NCBI RefSeq assembly: GCF_000018785.1
Contig: NC_010163.1
Span: 540,001 to 572,000, forward strand
Direction: 5' to 3'
Length of the DNA stretch: 32,000 bases
Source of the DNA: Acholeplasma laidlawii PG-8A
Lineage (GTDB): Bacteria; Bacillota_I; Bacilli_A; Acholeplasmatales; Acholeplasmataceae
Each line of letters opens with the position of its first letter. The first letter of the stretch is position 1. The notes beneath the pieces are model-generated. The model had not been told where the DNA came from, did not search any database, and worked only from the letters and a program-made list of their open reading frames with translations. A program made the translations under genes and the position numbers. Positions 15,444 through 24,244 of the stretch are shown here, piece by piece.

Positions 15444-15581
15444 GTTCAAATAACTAAAATCTTTACTTTTTTATCATTTATTTAATAAATTTGGTGGATT
15501 TTATCCGTATCATTTTAATTATTCGCTAATTAGTAGTAAAATGAATATAGAATTATAATAATATATAGGGGGAATTTTAAT

Positions 15582-16190
15582 ATGAATTTCAATGATTTAT
15601 TTCCAGGCGGCCTAGATACTTGGGCACTAGAAGAGTGGTTAATCGTAGGAGTAGGTTTACTAGTTGTTATTTTAATACTGTTTTTACTGCTTAAACCAAA
15701 GAAGAAAAAGACGCTACCTTATACTGAGGTTAAAGCTGTTCCTAAGACCGAACCTAAATCTTCACCGATTACAGAACAAAAAGTTGAACAAGTTGAACCA
15801 ACAATAAAAGTAGAAGATAGACCTAAAGAAGATCAAAAACCTGTAGTTGAAGAAAAACCAGTTGCTAAAACTCAGGCTAAAGCTGCACCTAAAAAGGCAT
15901 CTAATACTAAAGAAGCACCTTCTGAAAAAGAAGAAAAACCTGCAACTGACACTGACAAAGTTGTTAAATATCATGTATCACAAAATAAAGATGAAAAATC
16001 AGAGTTTAAAAATCAGTGGCGTGTCAGAAAACAAGGTTCACAAAAAACTATTAAGTACTTTAAAACTCAGGCTGAAGCCATTGCATTCGCAGAGACTCTA
16101 GCTGAGAATAATGATACATCCATTGTCATCCATAAACGCGATGGATCCATTAGGAAACAAGATTATACAAAGAAGAAATCCTCTAACTAG
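15582..16190 (+). CDS. Membrane-anchored protein with a K/E/P-rich linker and a C-terminal DUF2188 domain
   Basis: 202 aa. TM segment WLIVGVGLLVVILILFLLL, then low-complexity KPKKKK...EEKPVAKTQAKAAPKK. C-terminus KYHVSQNKD...WRVRKQGSQKTIKYFKTQAEAIAFAETLA...IVIHKRDGSIRKQDY is DUF2188-like. Confidence 0.65.
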   Translation: MNFNDLFPGGLDTWALEEWLIVGVGLLVVILILFLLLKPKKKKTLPYTEVKAVPKTEPKSSPITEQKVEQVEPTIKVEDRPKEDQKPVVEEKPVAKTQAKAAPKKASNTKEAPSEKEEKPATDTDKVVKYHVSQNKDEKSEFKNQWRVRKQGSQKTIKYFKTQAEAIAFAETLAENNDTSIVIHKRDGSIRKQDYTKKKSSN

Positions 16191-16199
16191 AGGATTTTT
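16178..16199 (+). terminator. Intrinsic terminator overlapping the DUF2188 gene stop codon
   Basis: ATCCTC (16178-16183) pairs with GAGGAT (16190-16195), followed by TTTT. The TAG stop lies in the loop and stem. Confidence 0.6.
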
Positions 16200-16207
16200 A
16201 TTTGCTA

Positions 16208-16216
16208 TGTTACAAT
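16208..16216 (+). promoter_or_regulatory. Candidate extended -10 promoter for the SRAP-orphan-LLM operon
   Basis: TGTTACAAT (TG-n-TACAAT) lies 22 nt upstream of ATG 16239. Confidence 0.35.
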
Positions 16217-16238
16217 AGATGTAAAGAGGGTGATACTC

Positions 16239-16910
16239 ATGTGTGGACGTTTTACACTAACTGTGTCAAAAGCTCAATTAGAAGCCTTACTAAAGACCAG
16301 ATATGATATTTTAGATAGTCCCAACTTTCAACTACCAAGATATAATATTAGTCCATCTAATGAAGTGGTTAGTATTTTACATGATGGTAAAAGACATCGA
16401 GTTGGCCAGTTAAAATGGGGCTTTAGACCAAAGTTTTCATCAACAGATAAACCTTTAGAAATCATTAATATCAAGGGTGAAACAGTATTTGAAAAACCAA
16501 TCTTTAAAGAAAGTGTTCTAAAAAGACGCTGCAGTATTTTAGCAGACAGTTTTTTTGAATGGAACAGAGATAAAAGTGATAAAAACCCTTATAGATTTAT
16601 GACCGATAATGGACTGTTTGCGATGGCAGCAATCTGGCAAACAGTAGAAACTAAAACGGGTGAAAAGATACATACGGTTGCAATCATTACAACTGAAAGT
16701 AATAAACTTATGCATGCTATTCATGATAGGATGCCGGTTATATTAACTAAGGAAGAAGAACAAACTTGGCTAAATAATCAAATTAAAGATGTAAAGACAT
16801 TAGAAAAATTAATTAAGCCTTTTGATGCAGAACATATGTATTATGAAAGAGTTTCAACCTTAGTAAATAACCCTAAAAATGATGATATCGCAGTCATTGC
16901 AAAAATATAG
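16239..16910 (+). CDS. SOS response-associated peptidase (SRAP; YedK/HMCES family abasic-site processing protein)
   Basis: MCGRFTL..., YNISPSNEV, DSFFEW and AIHDRMPVIL motifs. The family needs Cys2 as N-terminal nucleophile, so ATG 16239 (RBS AGAGGG, 8 nt upstream) is the likely start rather than the track's GTG 16230. Confidence 0.85.
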   Translation: MCGRFTLTVSKAQLEALLKTRYDILDSPNFQLPRYNISPSNEVVSILHDGKRHRVGQLKWGFRPKFSSTDKPLEIINIKGETVFEKPIFKESVLKRRCSILADSFFEWNRDKSDKNPYRFMTDNGLFAMAAIWQTVETKTGEKIHTVAIITTESNKLMHAIHDRMPVILTKEEEQTWLNNQIKDVKTLEKLIKPFDAEHMYYERVSTLVNNPKNDDIAVIAKI

Positions 16911-16926
16911 ACGAGGAAGATAAAAA

Positions 16927-17682
16927 ATGGATAGATTAAGAAGATTAGGTGACATCTTACAAGCATTTGATGCTTATGATGTTTTTGAGTATTATAAATT
17001 AAATGGTGCTTCTGCACTACAATTTTTAATTATTGATTTAGGATTTGTAACAAATGAACTCAACTTTGATTTAGATACAAATTTAGATATTAAAAAAGTA
17101 AATGAATTAAGAAATATAGTAAACCGTGAACTACCAAAAATATTACAACAAAAAAACTTTAGTTTAGATGTGAAGCACACACAATTAACAGGCAGGATTG
17201 ACAGTTATGCGATCATTGATAATACAACGAAGCATGAGTATAAATTAAACTTTAATTATTTAAACCGTGTTCACGTATTAAACCCGGAATACTTTGCAAG
17301 AAAAGATAATCAGTTTGAGGATTTACATATATACGCCTTATCAACACTTGAAAACTATGCCAAGTTTTTTGTTGAAATATTTGAAGGTAAACCTTTTATC
17401 AATGTACTTGATCATGTAATTGCATCCAACAAAATTATGCCTCAACAATACCCTTTTATCAAAAAAATGGTGCTTTTTTACATAGCAATTAGTGATATGA
17501 AGCAACAAATTAATTTAGATTTAATGCCGCTTAAGTTAAAAACTTTACTTAACTTTAACGAAAACGATCTTTTATTTTTAGATAAAGTAAATCAGGGTGT
17601 ATTAGACATACCTATGATTTTACCTCCAACCATGGCATCAAAACTAGATAATCATCCGAAAGTTAAATTAATGAGGCAATAA
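16927..17682 (+). CDS. Hypothetical protein, no recognisable family
   Basis: 251-aa ORF with normal codon usage for the window. It sits 16 nt after SRAP and ends 1 nt before the LLM gene ATG. I recognise no motif. Confidence 0.55.
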   Translation: MDRLRRLGDILQAFDAYDVFEYYKLNGASALQFLIIDLGFVTNELNFDLDTNLDIKKVNELRNIVNRELPKILQQKNFSLDVKHTQLTGRIDSYAIIDNTTKHEYKLNFNYLNRVHVLNPEYFARKDNQFEDLHIYALSTLENYAKFFVEIFEGKPFINVLDHVIASNKIMPQQYPFIKKMVLFYIAISDMKQQINLDLMPLKLKTLLNFNENDLLFLDKVNQGVLDIPMILPPTMASKLDNHPKVKLMRQ

Positions 17683-17683
17683 A

Positions 17684-18730
17684 ATGAAACCATATACATT
17701 AGGCATGATCACTTTTTTAGAAAGTGGCATCGATGAAAAAAGTGGGAAAGTATCTCACAAAGAACGTTTAGACCGTGCAATTGAAGAGATTGTTTTAGCT
17801 GATAAGGTTGGTCTTGATTATTATGGTATTGGTGAGCATCATAGATCAGACTATGCTGCATCAAGTCCCCAAATCATATTGGCTGCAGCAGCAAAACTTA
17901 CTAACCGCATTCATTTGGGTAGTGCTGTAACCGTCTTATCTAGTTCAGACCCAGTTCGAATTTATGAGGATTTTGCAACCCTTGACGTATTAAGTAATGG
18001 GCGAGCTGAAATTATGGCAGGTAGAGGTTCGTTTATTGAGTCCTTCCCACTATTTGGTTATGATCTAGATGACTATCAAACACTATTTACTGAAAAACTG
18101 GATATGTTACTTGAAATCAGAAAAAATGAACGTATTACTTGGAAAGGTGGAAAGCACACCCCCAAATTAGATAATGTAGGTATATACCCTAGAAGTATCC
18201 AAGAAAAGTTAAAGGTAAGTATTGCTGTAGGTGGTACACAATCAAGTGTAGTACGTGCTGCTAAATTGGGGTTACCAATGATTATTGCTGTACTTGGTGG
18301 TTCTCCACTTAGGTTTAAACCATTAGTTGATCTCTATAAACATTTCTACCATGAATCAGGTCATAATCCTGATGATATGGAAATAGGTATTGCTATTCAT
18401 GGTCTTATCACAGATAAAGATCCAAATGATCTTGTTGAACGTTATTTCTTACCACACCATGCAACCTTTACTAAATTAGGTGAAGAGCGAGGTTGGAACG
18501 TAGGTCATAAAAAAGAATACTTAAGTAAAGTAATAGATGGACCACTTTTTATAGGTCATGTAGATGATATTGAAAAACGTATTTTAGAAGTCTTTGAAGG
18601 TCTTGGTGTCAACAGATTTTTACTGCAAACACCAGGTTCATTAATGCCACATGAAGATGTCTTAAAAACAATTGAACTTTATGGAAACAGAATTATACCA
18701 AATATTAAGAAAAAATTAAATAAAGCTTAA
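17684..18730 (+). CDS. LLM-class (luciferase-like) flavin-dependent oxidoreductase
   Basis: 348 aa. GLDYYGIGEHHRSDYAASSPQIILAAAA..., LGSAVTVLSSSDPVRIYEDFATLDVLSNGRAEIMAGRGSF are typical of the bacterial luciferase-like family. Confidence 0.8.
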   Translation: MKPYTLGMITFLESGIDEKSGKVSHKERLDRAIEEIVLADKVGLDYYGIGEHHRSDYAASSPQIILAAAAKLTNRIHLGSAVTVLSSSDPVRIYEDFATLDVLSNGRAEIMAGRGSFIESFPLFGYDLDDYQTLFTEKLDMLLEIRKNERITWKGGKHTPKLDNVGIYPRSIQEKLKVSIAVGGTQSSVVRAAKLGLPMIIAVLGGSPLRFKPLVDLYKHFYHESGHNPDDMEIGIAIHGLITDKDPNDLVERYFLPHHATFTKLGEERGWNVGHKKEYLSKVIDGPLFIGHVDDIEKRILEVFEGLGVNRFLLQTPGSLMPHEDVLKTIELYGNRIIPNIKKKLNKA

Positions 18731-18739
18731 TCATGAAAG

Positions 18740-18793
18740 AAGATGTGAAACTAGTTGCAGATATTATAATGTAAACGGTTGCACATCTTTTTT
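18740..18793 (+). terminator. Probable intrinsic terminator after the LLM gene (long-loop hairpin plus T-run)
   Basis: AAGATGTG (18740-18747) pairs with CACATCTT (18782-18789). Extra AAC/GTT pairs extend the stem, and a T6 run covers 18788-18793. Confidence 0.5.
18770..18783. promoter_or_regulatory. cre/MalR-like LacI-family operator candidate upstream of glgP
   Basis: TGTAAACGGTTGCA fits TGNAANCGNWNNCA at every constrained position. It overlaps the right arm of the upstream terminator hairpin. Confidence 0.3.
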
Positions 18794-18850
18794 ATCATAT
18801 TAGTGTGATAGAATATGCATGTATGATTACTTATTAGAAAGGAACTTAAA

Positions 18851-21229
18851 ATGGACAACGTATTTATTAACAAAGAGATTTTTAAGGGTGCATATATACT
18901 CATGCTAAAGAATCTATTCAATAAAAGAATAGAAACAGCAACATTATATGAAAAGTATGCAGCATTAGCTTCATTACTTGATAAACAACTAGAGAATGAC
19001 TACGAAGCAACTACGGAATATGTAGAGAAAAACAATCTAAAGAAAACTATTTATTTTTCAATGGAGTTCTTAATGGGTCGTTTGATCACATCTAACCTCA
19101 TGAACTCAGGTTATGCGGATGTTGTAAAAGCAGCATTTGATGATTTTGGATATGATTTAAATGAAATTGAACTTGCAGAAACAGATGCAGGACTTGGTAA
19201 TGGAGGATTAGGTCGATTAGCGGCTTGTTTCCTTGATTCAGCAGCATCATTATCATTACCTTTTTATGGTAATTCACTAAGATATAAAAAAGGATTCTTT
19301 GTTCAAAGATTCGAAAACGACAAACAAAGAGAATATCCAGACCCTTGGTTAGATAAACCATTTTATTGGGAAGAAAGAAAAGAACAAGAAGCTATCCACA
19401 TTCCATATTTTGGTTATGTAAAAGATACTAAATTAATTGATCCTGTATGGGTTAAAGCTGTACCTTATGATGTTAAAGTTGTTGGTGCTGGTAATGGTGT
19501 AATTACGCATCTTAGATTATGGTCAGCTGAAAAGAGTGAATTACATCCATATCATGATGAAGAATATCTAAAAATGGTTTCTAAAATCACTGAATCATTA
19601 TACCCAGATGACTCTACTGAAGCGGGGAAAACATTAAGATTACAACAACAATACCTATTCTCAGCAGCAGGTATTAAATCAGTTATTTTAGAGCATAAAC
19701 GTTTAGGTCGTGATATTAAAGACTTACATAAATATTATGTATTCCAAGTAAATGACACCCACCCAACATTAATTATTCCTGAATTAATGCGTATCTTAAT
19801 GGATGAAGAAAACTTAGGTTATGATGAATCATGGGATATTGTGACACAATCAGTAGCATATACAAACCATACAATTTTATCTGAAGCATTAGAAAAATGG
19901 AATATTAAGATCTTTAGAAACTTATTACCTAGAGCATTTGAGATCGTTCAAGAAATGAACCGTCGTTTCAAAATTGTTTTAGAAGAAGCTAAAGTACCAC
20001 AAGAAAAAATATATCAAATGCAATTAATTGGTGCTAACAATGTACGTATGGCAAATATTTGTATCTACGGATCGTTTTCAGTGAACGGTGTTGCTGCATT
20101 ACATACTGATATTTTAAAGAACATTGAACTTAATGACTTCTATAAATTATATCCATCTAAATTTAATAATAAGACTAACGGCATTACCCACCGTAGATGG
20201 TTATTACATATCAACCATGAATTAACTGATATACTTGATAACTTATTAGGCAGCAAAGCATGGCATAAAGACTTAAGTTTAATTAAAGGACTAGAACAAT
20301 TTAAAGATGATCTAAAAGTCCAAAAAATGATTAAAGACATGAAGTTATCTAAGAAACGTGCACTCATTCAAAAGATCAAAAAAGATACAGGTATACTTCT
20401 TGATGAAAATGCTATTTTTGACATTCAAATCAAACGTCTACACGAGTATAAACGTCAATTACTAAATATCTTGAATATTATTTATACATATCAAAGACTA
20501 AAAACAGACATGGAATTCAAAAAGAATTTCCATCCACAAAACTTTATCTTTGGTGCTAAAGCAGCACCTTCATATGTGATGGCTAAAGGTATTATTGAAT
20601 TAATTAATAAAACGAGCCATGTCATAAATAATGATACCGATACAAACAAGTTACTTAAAGTTGTCTTTGTAGAAAACTATAATGTAACTTATGCTGAATA
20701 CTTATTTCCAGCTGCAGATTTATCTGAACAAATTTCTACTGCATCTAAAGAAGCAAGTGGAACAGGTAATATGAAGTTCATGCTAAATGGTGCTGTAACC
20801 ATTGGTACAATGGACGGTGCAAACGTAGAAATTGTTAAAGAAGCAGGTATGGAAAATAACATCATCTTTGGTTTATCCTCAGATGAGGTAAATAGCATCT
20901 ATAAAAACAACGGATACAAACCTAGACAAATTTATGATGAGGATCCAAGATTACAATCTATATTTGATTTTATTAGAGGATTAACGATTAATCCGACACA
21001 CTTTGACTTTATCTTACAAAACCTATTAACATCTGACTACTTCCTAGTATTAAAGGATTTTGATAGTTACGTTAAAGCACAAGAAAGAGCAAATCAATTA
21101 TATAAAGACCAAAAACAATGGTGGCATATGGTTATCATGAATATTGCAAATGCTGGCTTCTTTACATCTGATCGTACGATTGCACAATACAATCAAGACA
21201 TCTGGCAACTAGAAGAAATCAAAAAATAA
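18851..21229 (+). CDS. glgP: Glycogen/maltodextrin phosphorylase (GT35)
   Basis: 792 aa. DAGLGNGGLGRLAACFLDS, NDTHP, TNHT and the PLP-lysine motif EASGTGNMKFMLNGA. Confidence 0.93.
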   Translation: MDNVFINKEIFKGAYILMLKNLFNKRIETATLYEKYAALASLLDKQLENDYEATTEYVEKNNLKKTIYFSMEFLMGRLITSNLMNSGYADVVKAAFDDFGYDLNEIELAETDAGLGNGGLGRLAACFLDSAASLSLPFYGNSLRYKKGFFVQRFENDKQREYPDPWLDKPFYWEERKEQEAIHIPYFGYVKDTKLIDPVWVKAVPYDVKVVGAGNGVITHLRLWSAEKSELHPYHDEEYLKMVSKITESLYPDDSTEAGKTLRLQQQYLFSAAGIKSVILEHKRLGRDIKDLHKYYVFQVNDTHPTLIIPELMRILMDEENLGYDESWDIVTQSVAYTNHTILSEALEKWNIKIFRNLLPRAFEIVQEMNRRFKIVLEEAKVPQEKIYQMQLIGANNVRMANICIYGSFSVNGVAALHTDILKNIELNDFYKLYPSKFNNKTNGITHRRWLLHINHELTDILDNLLGSKAWHKDLSLIKGLEQFKDDLKVQKMIKDMKLSKKRALIQKIKKDTGILLDENAIFDIQIKRLHEYKRQLLNILNIIYTYQRLKTDMEFKKNFHPQNFIFGAKAAPSYVMAKGIIELINKTSHVINNDTDTNKLLKVVFVENYNVTYAEYLFPAADLSEQISTASKEASGTGNMKFMLNGAVTIGTMDGANVEIVKEAGMENNIIFGLSSDEVNSIYKNNGYKPRQIYDEDPRLQSIFDFIRGLTINPTHFDFILQNLLTSDYFLVLKDFDSYVKAQERANQLYKDQKQWWHMVIMNIANAGFFTSDRTIAQYNQDIWQLEEIKK

Positions 21230-21249
21230 TCAACTTATAAAGAAAATGA

Positions 21250-21277
21250 GCCTTATTTTAATAATAAGGCCATTTTT
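21250..21277 (+). terminator. Intrinsic terminator after glgP
   Basis: GCCTTATT (21250-21257) pairs with AATAAGGC (21263-21270); CATTTTT follows. Confidence 0.7.
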
Positions 21278-21334
21278 GTAGCATATTTATTGTAAAATAG
21301 GATTAAAGGACAAACATTGGGGAGGTACATAAAA

Positions 21335-23179
21335 TTGGCATTTACAGAATCTCATGCAAATTTATATCTATTAGGCAAGAACTATTTAGCACATCAGTTT
21401 TTAGGTGCACACCTGAATAAGGATGATGATGGCAACATCATATCTACTACATTTACTGTTTATGCACCCAACGCAAAAGAAGTTAGACTTATTGCAGATT
21501 TCAACAATTACGAAGGCTGGAAGCATGTTCTAACTAAAATTCATCCACAAGGATTTTGGTCCATTACAATACCCAAAGACCTTGAATGGGCAACTTATAA
21601 ATATGAGATTCATCTAAAGAATGGAAAGATCTCACATAAATCAGATCCGTTTGGATACTTTTCTGAAGTAAGACCATCAAACGCATCTAAAGTTTATGAT
21701 ATTGATGGGTATCATTGGAAGGATCATGACTGGTTTAAAAACAAGAAAAAAGTCTATGATCAACCAATGCTTATCTATGAAGTGCATCTTGGCTCTTGGC
21801 AAAGAAATAATGGTCAATTTAGACCGTATAATGAAGTGGTTAAAGATTTAATTGACCATGTAAAATACAACGGATTTACCCATATTGAACTCATGCCAGT
21901 CTATGAACATCCACTGGATGACTCATGGGGGTATCAAGGTACTGGTTTTTTTGCGGCAACTTCTAGATTTGGGTCACCAAAAGATTTAATGTATTTAATC
22001 GATCAGTGTCATCAACATGGTATTGGTATCATCATGGACTGGGTTTTAGGACATATTAATAAAGATGACTTTGGTTTATTTAATTTTGATGGCACTTATC
22101 TTTATGAATATGAGGATACCTTTAAAAGAGAAAACATAACATGGGGTACTGCGAATCTAGACTTCAATAAAGGTATTACTAAAAGTTTTATGATGTCTGC
22201 CCTTACTTTTTGGATGGATTACTTCCATGTTGATGGATTTAGAATTGATGCTGTATCTCACCTGTTTTATTATCTAGGTGATGAGTCCAATGGTATCAAT
22301 GAAGAAGCTATTGCATTTTTAAAAGAAATTTCAGCACATGTATTTAGTAAGGATGAAACCTTCATCCTATCTGCAGAAGACTCAACGGCATTTCCACTCG
22401 TTACCAAACCAACCTTTCTTGGTGGTATTGGGTTCAACTATAAATGGAATATGGGCTTTATGAATGATGTCTTATCTTACTTTAAACTTGATCCGATATA
22501 CAGGAAACATAACCATGATAAACTAACTTTTGGCTTAGTTTACGCATTTAATGAACAATTTATTTTACCCTTTAGCCATGATGAGGTCGTACACCTAAAA
22601 GGTTCCTTAGTCAGTAAAATGCCGGGAAGTTATGAACAAAAGTTTGCGCATTATAGAAACCTTATGACATTCTATATGACACACCCGGGTAAAAAGTTAC
22701 TATTTATGGGTCAGGAATTTGCACAAATTGCTGAATGGGATTTTAAAAAGGAACTTGACTGGAACTTATTAAAGTTTCCGATACATGACGCTTTTAATAG
22801 ATACTTTAGGGATTTAGCACATGTGTATAAACACCATGATGCACTTTATCAAAAAGATCATGATCCGTCAGGATTTAAATGGTTAATCGTGGATCATAAA
22901 GACACATCTGTCTTTGCTTATGCAAGATACTCGGATAACGAAGTACTTGTCATGGTTCATAATCTAACTCCAAACTATTATCAAAGCTATGAAGTTGGTG
23001 TACCTTTTGAAGGAACATATGAGGAAATATTAAATTCCAACAAAGACATTTATAATGGAACAAACTTATACAACGGCTTACCACTTAAAACCTACAAAGA
23101 ACCAAGAAATGGTCAACCATATCATCTCAAGGTACAACTTTCAGGGTTAACGAGTATTATCTTTAAATATAAAAAATGA
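21335..23179 (+). CDS. glgB: 1,4-alpha-glucan branching enzyme (GH13)
   Basis: Motifs YEVHLGSW, GFTHIELMPV, WGYQ, DWVLGH, DGFRIDAV, EDST, SHDEVVH. The track starts at TTG 21317 (AAAGGA, 6 nt upstream). The strong GGGGAGG (21319-21325) lies 9 nt before in-frame TTG 21335, which I prefer. The start is uncertain by 18 nt. The stop is TGA. Confidence 0.88.
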   Translation: MAFTESHANLYLLGKNYLAHQFLGAHLNKDDDGNIISTTFTVYAPNAKEVRLIADFNNYEGWKHVLTKIHPQGFWSITIPKDLEWATYKYEIHLKNGKISHKSDPFGYFSEVRPSNASKVYDIDGYHWKDHDWFKNKKKVYDQPMLIYEVHLGSWQRNNGQFRPYNEVVKDLIDHVKYNGFTHIELMPVYEHPLDDSWGYQGTGFFAATSRFGSPKDLMYLIDQCHQHGIGIIMDWVLGHINKDDFGLFNFDGTYLYEYEDTFKRENITWGTANLDFNKGITKSFMMSALTFWMDYFHVDGFRIDAVSHLFYYLGDESNGINEEAIAFLKEISAHVFSKDETFILSAEDSTAFPLVTKPTFLGGIGFNYKWNMGFMNDVLSYFKLDPIYRKHNHDKLTFGLVYAFNEQFILPFSHDEVVHLKGSLVSKMPGSYEQKFAHYRNLMTFYMTHPGKKLLFMGQEFAQIAEWDFKKELDWNLLKFPIHDAFNRYFRDLAHVYKHHDALYQKDHDPSGFKWLIVDHKDTSVFAYARYSDNEVLVMVHNLTPNYYQSYEVGVPFEGTYEEILNSNKDIYNGTNLYNGLPLKTYKEPRNGQPYHLKVQLSGLTSIIFKYKK

Positions 23180-23200
23180 GAATCCTGTGTTAGGATTCTC
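23178..23200. terminator. Hairpin shared by convergent glgB and the LacI gene, overlapping both stop codons
   Basis: GAGAATCC (23178-23185) pairs with GGATTCTC (23193-23200). On the minus strand a T-rich run follows (complement of A6 at 23171-23176). Confidence 0.65.
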
Positions 23201-24170
23201 ATCTTGTTGATTTACGTTCTACTAATTCAACATTCATGACTTCATGAAGGGTGGATAACTCATCACCACGAATTAATCTTGTTAGGTTAATAAAAGCTTG
23301 TTTACCTAATAAATTAATCGGTTGAGAAATGGTTGTTAGAGGTGGATGAATCCACTCTACAAACGGTGTATTATCATAACCGATAATTTGAACATCTTCA
23401 GGTACTCTACGACCTAAACGTTGTAAAATAGAAGATATGACAAGTGCCATCGTATCTGAGTATGCAAAGATACCATCAATATGAGGATTAGCACTTAAAA
23501 CTTGTTCGATAAGTTTAGCATCTGGATTGACTAAGTCAAAGTCAAAGACATCTGCGTGTAAATTATGTTTTTTTAAAACCTTATTAAAACCTAATGTACG
23601 CTCGATGGTTGTCATTAAAAAACTTGGACCTCTAAAGACAGCTAAATGTTTAGAACCACCTTCAATAAGTTTTTTAGCAGCTAACTCACCTGCAGTCACA
23701 GAGTCTGCGGTAATAGAAGGAATGTTTTCATCTAAAATATGATCAATTGTAATAATCGGTACTTTAATTTCATCTAATTTTGACATATTTTGGAAATTAG
23801 ACGCTACAATAATACCTTCAATATTATATTGTTCAAAGAATCGAATATATTCTAATTCACGTTCAGGGTCATCTTGAACGTTAAAGAACATAATTTTATA
23901 ACCGTTTGCTTGAGCTTGACTCTCAATCGATTCTAATAACTCACCATAAAAGTATGGTCCAATATGCGGTACAATGACTGCAATAATTTTAGAGGAGCGA
24001 TTGGTTAAACTTCTAGCCAGCTGGTTAGGCACAAAACCTAAGTCTTTAATAGACTTTTCAATAAGCAAACGTGTATCTTCATGTACGTAACCACGCTTAT
24101 TGATAACACGTGACACTGTGGAAATACTGACATTGGCTTTCTTTGCAACATCTTTAATGGTTGGTTTCAT
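23199..24170 (-). CDS. LacI-family transcriptional regulator
   Basis: 323 aa. N-terminal HTH MKPTIKDVAKKANVSISTVSRVINKRGYV, with a periplasmic-binding-protein-like sugar-binding core. RBS GAGGTGA. Divergent from the pullulanase operon. Confidence 0.9.
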   Translation of the reverse strand: MKPTIKDVAKKANVSISTVSRVINKRGYVHEDTRLLIEKSIKDLGFVPNQLARSLTNRSSKIIAVIVPHIGPYFYGELLESIESQAQANGYKIMFFNVQDDPERELEYIRFFEQYNIEGIIVASNFQNMSKLDEIKVPIITIDHILDENIPSITADSVTAGELAAKKLIEGGSKHLAVFRGPSFLMTTIERTLGFNKVLKKHNLHADVFDFDLVNPDAKLIEQVLSANPHIDGIFAYSDTMALVISSILQRLGRRVPEDVQIIGYDNTPFVEWIHPPLTTISQPINLLGKQAFINLTRLIRGDELSTLHEVMNVELVERKSTR

Positions 24171-24244
24171 AGTTCACCTCGTATGTATTATACTTATTTT
24201 ATCACAATAAACTAAAAAAAATGAAAGTGTAGGAAATATTACAA

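Noticed and set aside
15762-16101. ORFs 15762-15974 (-) and 15847-16101 (+) inside the DUF2188 gene
   Set aside because: They translate to low-complexity F/R/K/L strings produced by the A/G-rich K/E/P linker read in other frames. The annotated frame has a TM helix, a recognisable domain and an RBS (GGGGGA).
16539-17180. Minus-strand ORFs 16539-16724 and 16992-17180
   Set aside because: Short antisense ORFs within the SRAP gene and the orphan gene. They are chance open frames in AT-rich DNA.
4665-18730. Central block as a prophage, ICE or classic defence island
   Set aside because: It has no integrase, recombinase, phage structural genes, conjugation genes, flanking direct repeats or tRNA. 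Only one plausible defence-like gene (the helicase) is present, so I report it as a split locus rather than a mobile element.
19098-20898. Minus-strand ORFs 19098-19361, 20140-20367 and 20689-20898 inside glgP
   Set aside because: They are antisense to an unambiguous glycogen phosphorylase gene and have no independent signals.
23527-23742. 71-aa plus-strand ORF inside the LacI gene, and 25104-25286 (-) inside the pullulanase gene
   Set aside because: Both are shadow ORFs opposite well-supported genes.
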